Shown: positions 58,092-64,000 of the stretch, piece after piece
Layout of the letters: every line of letters starts with the position of its first letter
Position numbering within the stretch: position 1 is the first letter of the stretch
Source of the DNA: Candidatus Poribacteria bacterium
GTDB lineage: Bacteria > Poribacteria > WGA-4E > WGA-3G
Direction: 5' to 3'
DNA length: 64,000 bases
Assembly: GCA_963663765.2 (NCBI GenBank)
Contig: CAXXUA010000013.1
Coordinates: 480,001 to 544,000 of the forward strand
Position numbers and translations under genes: made by a program
Notes under the pieces: model-generated
What the model saw: the letters and a program-made list of their open reading frames with translations, nothing else
The model's database searches: none
What the model was told of the DNA's origin: nothing

Positions 58092-59537
58092 ATGGAAAAA
58101 TACGAAATAGTTATCGGTTTGGAAATCCACGCAGAACTATGCACCGAGAGCAAATTGTTTTGCAACTGTGCTTATACGTTCGGTGCATCTGCAAACGACT
58201 GCACGTGTCCAATCTGTCTGGGCATGCCCGGTACCCTGCCAGTCATCAATAAGCGTGCATTGGAATTTGCTGTACGTGCAGGTTTGGCAATGAACTGTGA
58301 AATCACTACATACAGCAAGTTTGATCGAAAAAACTATTTCTATCCCGATCTACCCAAAAATTACCAGATCTCGCAATACGACCTACCGCTTTGTAAAAAT
58401 GGTGAAGTAACGTTTGAATGTGATGGTGAACACAAAACCGTTGCTCTCCGCAGAATTCATCTTGAAGAGGATGCAGGCAAATCCATTCATGCAGAAGTTA
58501 CTGGTGATCCAACGCGTAGTTTTATGGATTTCAACCGCGCAGGTGTGCCGCTCATGGAGATTGTGAGTGAACCTGAAATACATTCTCCTGAAGAAGCGAT
58601 CGTCTATTGCCGTGCTGTCAAAGAGATTTTAGAATATATTGAGGTCAGCGATTGTAACATGGAGGAAGGCAGCCTGCGGTGTGAACCGAACATCTCCCTA
58701 CGTCTAAAAGGCAGTCAAACATTAGGCACACGCACTGAAATAAAGAATAAGAACTCATTTCAGGAACTCCTTGATGCAATGCATTACGAAGTGAAACGGC
58801 AAGCGCGTATCTTGGATTCTGGCGGTAAAGTTGTCCAAGAAACGTTGTTGTTTGATGCTAGTACAGGTAAAACGGTCGCAATGCGTAGCAAGGAAGAAGC
58901 AGACGACTACCGATATTTCCCAGAACCCGATCTTGTCCATGTCCAAATCGACGATGAATGGATCGCTGAAATTCAACCAACACTCCCTGAACTACCCGCT
59001 GCCCGTCGCAAAAGGTTTATTGCTGACTACGACATCACCCCTGAAAATGCTGAACTCCTGACTACAACCCGGCAACTTGCTGATTTTTTTGATGAAACAG
59101 CACAACTCAGCGGCGAACCCACAACCTGTGCAAACTGGATTATGGGAGACCTCACACGACTGCTCAACACAGCAGAAATTGAGATACAAGATACCAAAGT
59201 TACACCCGCACATCTCAGTGAACTCATTCAGTTGATAGGTGACAATACCATTAGTGGTAAAATTGCAAAATCTGTGTTGGATGGCGCTTTTGAAACCGGT
59301 AAGATGCCGAAACAGATTGTTGAAGAAAAAGGATTATCACAGATTACCGATACTTCCGAAATTGAGGCAATTGTCCTACAAGTCATTAAAGAAAACCCCG
59401 GACCTGCTCAAGATGTTCGGGACGGCACGAAGAAAGCCATCGGTTTTCTAGTCGGTCAAGTCATGAAGGCAACTCGCGGAAAAGCAAATCCGCAACTCGT
59501 AAATCAGATTTTGGAACGTGTTTTATCAACTGATTGA
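58092..59537 (+). CDS. gatB: Asp-tRNA(Asn)/Glu-tRNA(Gln) amidotransferase subunit B
   Basis: IGLEIHAEL, RKNYFYPDLPK, HLEEDAGKS, DYRYFPEPDL, VGQVMK.TRGKANP. Confidence 0.98.
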   Translation: MEKYEIVIGLEIHAELCTESKLFCNCAYTFGASANDCTCPICLGMPGTLPVINKRALEFAVRAGLAMNCEITTYSKFDRKNYFYPDLPKNYQISQYDLPLCKNGEVTFECDGEHKTVALRRIHLEEDAGKSIHAEVTGDPTRSFMDFNRAGVPLMEIVSEPEIHSPEEAIVYCRAVKEILEYIEVSDCNMEEGSLRCEPNISLRLKGSQTLGTRTEIKNKNSFQELLDAMHYEVKRQARILDSGGKVVQETLLFDASTGKTVAMRSKEEADDYRYFPEPDLVHVQIDDEWIAEIQPTLPELPAARRKRFIADYDITPENAELLTTTRQLADFFDETAQLSGEPTTCANWIMGDLTRLLNTAEIEIQDTKVTPAHLSELIQLIGDNTISGKIAKSVLDGAFETGKMPKQIVEEKGLSQITDTSEIEAIVLQVIKENPGPAQDVRDGTKKAIGFLVGQVMKATRGKANPQLVNQILERVLSTD

Positions 59538-59588
59538 AGATGTCTGTTAACAACTGAGACTATATTGGATAATTAGGAGGAGTTTATT

Positions 59589-60134
59589 ATGAAATTATCA
59601 GAAAATCAAGAACTTGTCCAAAAGCTTAGTGTAATACTACAGGATTTTCCAGGACTTGAGTATGATGAACTTAGTTCAGCACGAATGGAAAATATGTTGA
59701 TGGTTAAAGTATCAACTGATGCTAAATGCGATATTAGTACAGCAGGAATTATAGCAGATAAATTAAGTGAATTTACAGGCGATCAATTCAAAGCTCAACC
59801 GCCTGCTGGGTCAGAGAAATCTACTCTTGATAATTTTAGTAGGTTTGGCTTATTTCAATTTATGCCGAATAAAAATGTTCGAATAACCTATCCCGATCGT
59901 AAAGGGGGCAAGTTAGAAATTGACATTATGGAGGGTATGGAAATAGCACTTAATCTGAACGATGAGGATATATGGTATTTTGCTGAAGGAAATGAATTAA
60001 CAATACAATTTAACATATTTGCCCAACCTCATTATCATAAATATTTACGGAGTCACGTCACTCAGGTTACCCGAGATGATAAAATGTTTCATGATCGTAA
60101 TCTTTCTCAAAATCCAATTCAAAGTAAACAATAG
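59589..60134 (+). CDS. Hypothetical protein
   Basis: 181-aa ORF with strong SD AGGAGG; no motif recognised. Confidence 0.65.
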   Translation: MKLSENQELVQKLSVILQDFPGLEYDELSSARMENMLMVKVSTDAKCDISTAGIIADKLSEFTGDQFKAQPPAGSEKSTLDNFSRFGLFQFMPNKNVRITYPDRKGGKLEIDIMEGMEIALNLNDEDIWYFAEGNELTIQFNIFAQPHYHKYLRSHVTQVTRDDKMFHDRNLSQNPIQSKQ

Positions 60135-60186
60135 ACCGATAATCAGTCTTTTTCACATATATCTGAAAAACAAATGGAATTTGTAG

Positions 60187-61263
60187 ATGAAATTAACAAG
60201 GTATATGAATATAAAGAAATATAAGGACTTGCTCTCTACAAAGACTTTATTTTTTCCACGTTATGATATTTTAGGAGATCCGTATGAAGGGTGTTTAGGT
60301 CATATCCCAATAGATAAATTAATTGAGAAGCAAACCAAAAGATTTACTAGAATAACTGCTCTGCCTCTTGAGTCTGACACTCTGGCTAGAGAGTTTTTAG
60401 AAACTTTTGAACCTATACTTTACCATGATTTTTTACGTGAATTTACTTTTGTAAGTTGTTGGCATCAAAGTGATATAGAATCAATGCCTATGTGGAAAAT
60501 GTATGCAGAAAGAGGGATAATGATTAAAACTGATTTATCGTCATTATGTCGCAGTTTGGGAATAAATGCTGAAGGATATAAACATACTGATATGTTTCAG
60601 GAAAATCATGGAATTGATTCCTCTATAGGTTATGATATTTCCATTGAATCAGGGAATGTCAACTATATTTCACGAGGAGAGTATGTTGAACCTATAGGTT
60701 CAGATCGTTATTTTAAGAAACAGTTGGAGTATGCAGATGAGAGAGAATTGCGAGTTATCCTTCAATTTCATTTAGGACCAGAACAAAGGTTTAACTTTCC
60801 ATATATGTTTGATAATACTGATTCTACTTCCCAAGATAGTGCAAGTGGGGAAAAAATCATTATTCAATCTAATTTTCAATTCCATTTAGAGGCAGGACAA
60901 AGATTAGACATTCCAATAATGTTAAATAATCAGAACTTTCCACCTCAAAGAATCAGCGACATGGAAAATAGAATACTACGCTTTTGGAGAAACGCTAAAT
61001 CATCCTATGAGCAACATGCCTTGATGTTGAATAGATTCTTGGCTGAACCTGGAGTGCGTTGTCCTGTGGAAGTTGATTCATTAATTAAGGAAGTAGTTGC
61101 AAGTCCAAATAGTACAGATTCTGACATGAAAGAGATTGAAGTCTTCAATCACGAATCTGGTATTGGCGTAGAAGTCAAACGGTCAGAAATAGAAATTGAA
61201 CAATCACATGCCAAATTTAGTGTGCAGTTAACGAATGAAGAAAAGATTGAACTGGAATTATAA
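60187..61263 (+). CDS. DUF2971-like protein
   Basis: RYM...L.F....DPYEG; VSCWH...ES..MW..Y; K...Y..ERELR. Confidence 0.65.
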   Translation: MKLTRYMNIKKYKDLLSTKTLFFPRYDILGDPYEGCLGHIPIDKLIEKQTKRFTRITALPLESDTLAREFLETFEPILYHDFLREFTFVSCWHQSDIESMPMWKMYAERGIMIKTDLSSLCRSLGINAEGYKHTDMFQENHGIDSSIGYDISIESGNVNYISRGEYVEPIGSDRYFKKQLEYADERELRVILQFHLGPEQRFNFPYMFDNTDSTSQDSASGEKIIIQSNFQFHLEAGQRLDIPIMLNNQNFPPQRISDMENRILRFWRNAKSSYEQHALMLNRFLAEPGVRCPVEVDSLIKEVVASPNSTDSDMKEIEVFNHESGIGVEVKRSEIEIEQSHAKFSVQLTNEEKIELEL

Positions 61264-61321
61264 GTTTCTGTTCACAAACACAGTGTTTTTTCTTAACCGA
61301 GACATCAAACAAGGTGTATTT

Positions 61322-62089
61322 ATGAAAAAACAACCACTTATAGAAGAGAACCTTAGTCTTTTTTCTGATAAGATGGAAGATAAAAAAGGAAATGTTTTTT
61401 CCACTGAACGGACTGTGCAATCTCCGTCTATAGATTTGCCTGATGACTTGAAACCTAACACAAGGTTGAAAATGGACGGACTGACGTTTCTATCACTTCT
61501 CCCATCTGAATCTATACCGATAGCATTCCTTGACCCGCAGTATAGAGGTGTCCTTGACAAAATGAATTATGGAAATGAAGGTAAAAACCGAGAGAAACGC
61601 AGAAGTTCATTGATGCAAATGACTGAGGAACTAATTGGGAATTTCATTCATGGGATTGACAATATACTTATCCCCTCTGGACATCTGTTTCTGTGGATGG
61701 ATAAGTTTCACTTGTGCCAAGGGTTTAAATCATGGTTTGATGACACACAACTGGATATCGTTGATTTGATCGTCTGGAATAAAGACAGGTTTGGCATGGG
61801 ATATCGATCCAGACGTGTGAGTGAATATTGCGTTGTTCTACAGAAACATCCGCGAAGGGCTAAAGGGGTTTGGCAAGTACACAACATTCGTGATGTCTGG
61901 CTTGAACGCACGAAAACAAGAGAACATCCCCATCAAAAACCTATCGGTTTACAGTCTGAACTTATTGAGGCAGTTAGTAATGAAGGTGATTATGTAATTG
62001 ATCCTGCCGCAGGATCCTTTTCTGTGATGGAAGCAGCACTATCAAAAGGACGAAATTTCATCGGATGTGATTTGATTGAACATTATTGA
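61322..62089 (+). CDS. Beta-class N6/N4 DNA methyltransferase with DPQY motif IV
   Basis: AFLDPQY, IVWNK, HPHQKP, VIDPAAGSFS, GRNFIGCD. Confidence 0.88.
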   Translation: MKKQPLIEENLSLFSDKMEDKKGNVFSTERTVQSPSIDLPDDLKPNTRLKMDGLTFLSLLPSESIPIAFLDPQYRGVLDKMNYGNEGKNREKRRSSLMQMTEELIGNFIHGIDNILIPSGHLFLWMDKFHLCQGFKSWFDDTQLDIVDLIVWNKDRFGMGYRSRRVSEYCVVLQKHPRRAKGVWQVHNIRDVWLERTKTREHPHQKPIGLQSELIEAVSNEGDYVIDPAAGSFSVMEAALSKGRNFIGCDLIEHY

Positions 62090-62129
62090 TGAGTGCGTTA
62101 TCACACATACTTAACGGAAAACTGCAAGA

Positions 62130-63395
62130 ATGCATTTAGGAGAATTGAAATACAAAGATGAATCGTGGGATTTCAGAACATCAGATACAAAGGAATATAC
62201 TCACTGCTTCCACACATATCCAGCAATGATGATTCCGCAAATTGCAAGAAAACTGTTGAATAGTTATGGTGTAAAAGGTGAATGGCTTCTTGATCCTTAT
62301 TGTGGAACCGGAACTTCTCTTGTTGAGGCATCTTTGTTCGGTATGCATAGTGTGGGTTGTGACATCAATCCCCTTGTGCGATTAATTGCTACAGTTAAAC
62401 TGACCCCGATTTCCCTAAAGGCACTTGAAATAGAACTCAATAAGTTGAATGATTCCTTATTTGAAATTGAATTTGGAACGGTAAAGTTTCCAGAGATGCC
62501 CATACCTAATATTCCAAATTTGGAGTATTGGTTTTCCGTTGAGGTAAAAAAATATCTTGCTTATTTGTTAACACAGATTAACGCAGTTGAGGATCAGGTA
62601 GTTCGCAATTTCATGACTGTAGCATTTTCTGAGACGGTACGCGAGGTATCTTTTACGCGAACAAGTGGGTTCAAATTGCATCGAATGCCAGCAGAAAAAC
62701 TTGAGAATTTCAATCCTGATGTCTTTGGTATTTTTCGTAAAAAACTGTATAGGAACAGACAAGGATTAGCAGCATATCTTGAAAAACGTAGGGATGTGGA
62801 AACGTCAATTTGTAGTACCAATACTGTGTATGGAGAACTTCCAATGCCACGTCCAATCGGAGGCTATAATTTAGTTATAACATCACCACCCTATGGAGAT
62901 TCACACACAACGGTTGCGTATGGACAATTTTCTCGTCTCTCTGCAGAATGGCTCGGATTACCAAATGCCCGTAAAGTTGACAAGTTCGCAATGGGTGGAC
63001 ACCGTTCAGGAAAAATACCAGTAAATTCACCTGTGTCGGCTGCTATAGAAAAAATCCGTTCAGTTGATGAAAAGCGTGCATCTGAAGTTACTGCGTTTTA
63101 CGTTGATCTGGAAAATAGCATAAATACGGTAGTTCAGACGCTTTCACCGCGTTCTACAATTTGTTATGTTGTGGGGAATCGGCGGGTAAAAGACACTGTT
63201 TTACCGACAGACGAATTTGTTGTCTCTACGTTTGCTAAACACGGATTTTCACACAAGGAAACAATCGTTAGAAATATTCCAAATAAACGGATGCCAAAAA
63301 AGAACAGTCCTTCCAACATTGCAGGTCAAACCTCCACAACAATCCACGAAGAATACATCGTCATTTGTCAAAGAACGACTCAAACATGTCCGTAG
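62130..63395 (+). CDS. Alpha-class N4-cytosine DNA methyltransferase (M.MvaI-like)
   Basis: [22 protein letters not shown] precedes [22 protein letters not shown]. Confidence 0.85.
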   Translation: MHLGELKYKDESWDFRTSDTKEYTHCFHTYPAMMIPQIARKLLNSYGVKGEWLLDPYCGTGTSLVEASLFGMHSVGCDINPLVRLIATVKLTPISLKALEIELNKLNDSLFEIEFGTVKFPEMPIPNIPNLEYWFSVEVKKYLAYLLTQINAVEDQVVRNFMTVAFSETVREVSFTRTSGFKLHRMPAEKLENFNPDVFGIFRKKLYRNRQGLAAYLEKRRDVETSICSTNTVYGELPMPRPIGGYNLVITSPPYGDSHTTVAYGQFSRLSAEWLGLPNARKVDKFAMGGHRSGKIPVNSPVSAAIEKIRSVDEKRASEVTAFYVDLENSINTVVQTLSPRSTICYVVGNRRVKDTVLPTDEFVVSTFAKHGFSHKETIVRNIPNKRMPKKNSPSNIAGQTSTTIHEEYIVICQRTTQTCP

Positions 63396-64000
63396 GTCAG
63401 ATTATCTTATCATCAATAACGAAAAAGTTCGGCGACACATTTGCCGTTGACGATGTATCACTACAGATTGAGGGTGGTGAGTTTTTCTCTCTACTCGGTC
63501 CAAGCGGATGTGGCAAAACAACAACATTACGGATTATTGGTGGTTTTGTTCATCCAACCGCGGGCGAAGTTTATATCAACAATGAATTAATGCACGAAAC
63601 ACCACCTTATCGTCGTCCAGTCAATACAGTCTTTCAAAATTATGCACTATTCCCACACAAAACCGTTTCACAGAATATTGCATTTGGACTGCAAATGAAG
63701 AAAGTCTCAAAGTCAGAAATTTCAGATGCGGTTGATCGTTCACTTGATTTAATTCAATTGTCAGGATATAACGCAAGGAGACCTAACGAACTCTCTGGTG
63801 GTGAGATGCAGCGCGTCGCACTTGCTCGCGCTTTAGTCAATGAACCAACGATTTTGCTATTAGATGAACCCCTTTCTGCACTTGACCTAAAACTACGAAA
63901 GCAAATGCAGTTTGAGCTCAAAGCACTACAACGCAAAATAGGAATTACATTTGTGTATGTCACACATGATCAAGGAGAAGCATTGGCATTGTCGGATAGG
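63386..64000 (+). CDS. potA: Polyamine ABC transporter ATP-binding subunit (3' truncated by window)
   Basis: [54 protein letters not shown]; absent from the ORF track because no stop falls in the window. Confidence 0.88.
   Translation, partial: MSVGQIILSSITKKFGDTFAVDDVSLQIEGGEFFSLLGPSGCGKTTTLRIIGGFVHPTAGEVYINNELMHETPPYRRPVNTVFQNYALFPHKTVSQNIAFGLQMKKVSKSEISDAVDRSLDLIQLSGYNARRPNELSGGEMQRVALARALVNEPTILLLDEPLSALDLKLRKQMQFELKALQRKIGITFVYVTHDQGEALALSDR

Noticed and set aside
1-64000. rRNA, tRNA or prophage genes
   Set aside because: None recognised by eye; tRNAscan-SE/Infernal would be needed to exclude small RNAs

Overview
Bacterial chromosomal window, most likely Candidatus Poribacteria. This is inferred from WD40 proteins ending in 'ALLPNYPNPFNPETWIPYQL...RKMLIRK', a LamG protein ending in 'AVDAQGKLTTTWGNLK', and paralogous PhyH, Gfo/Idh/MocA and aldo-keto genes. 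It holds about 50 genes: housekeeping (pyrG, kdsB, pepA, leuA, aroF, tyrS, gatB, potA), transporters (two TonB receptors, ZIP, SSS, TRAP, SBPs) and many tandem paralogue pairs. Points the ORF track misses or misreads: (1) an IS607 element whose TnpB has the rearranged Fanzor-like RuvC site and a long N-terminal frame overprinted on tnpA with its own Shine-Dalgarno; (2) an unannotated 38-aa Phe/Tyr/Trp(+Leu)-rich leader peptide with terminator and antiterminator upstream of aroF-leuA; (3) a selenocysteine formate dehydrogenase split at UGA with a SECIS; (4) a type II Thoeris TIR + TM-macro pair; (5) several MITE families with different TIRs/TSDs, each carrying a GTAG-type REP hairpin, one disrupting a WD40 gene and one at a tandem-duplication junction; (6) an Rpn pseudogene retaining its C-terminal small ORF; (7) a methyltransferase/DUF2971-like island with no recognisable restriction enzyme. 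No rRNA, tRNA or CRISPR array was seen. All family calls come from reading motifs, not from database searches.
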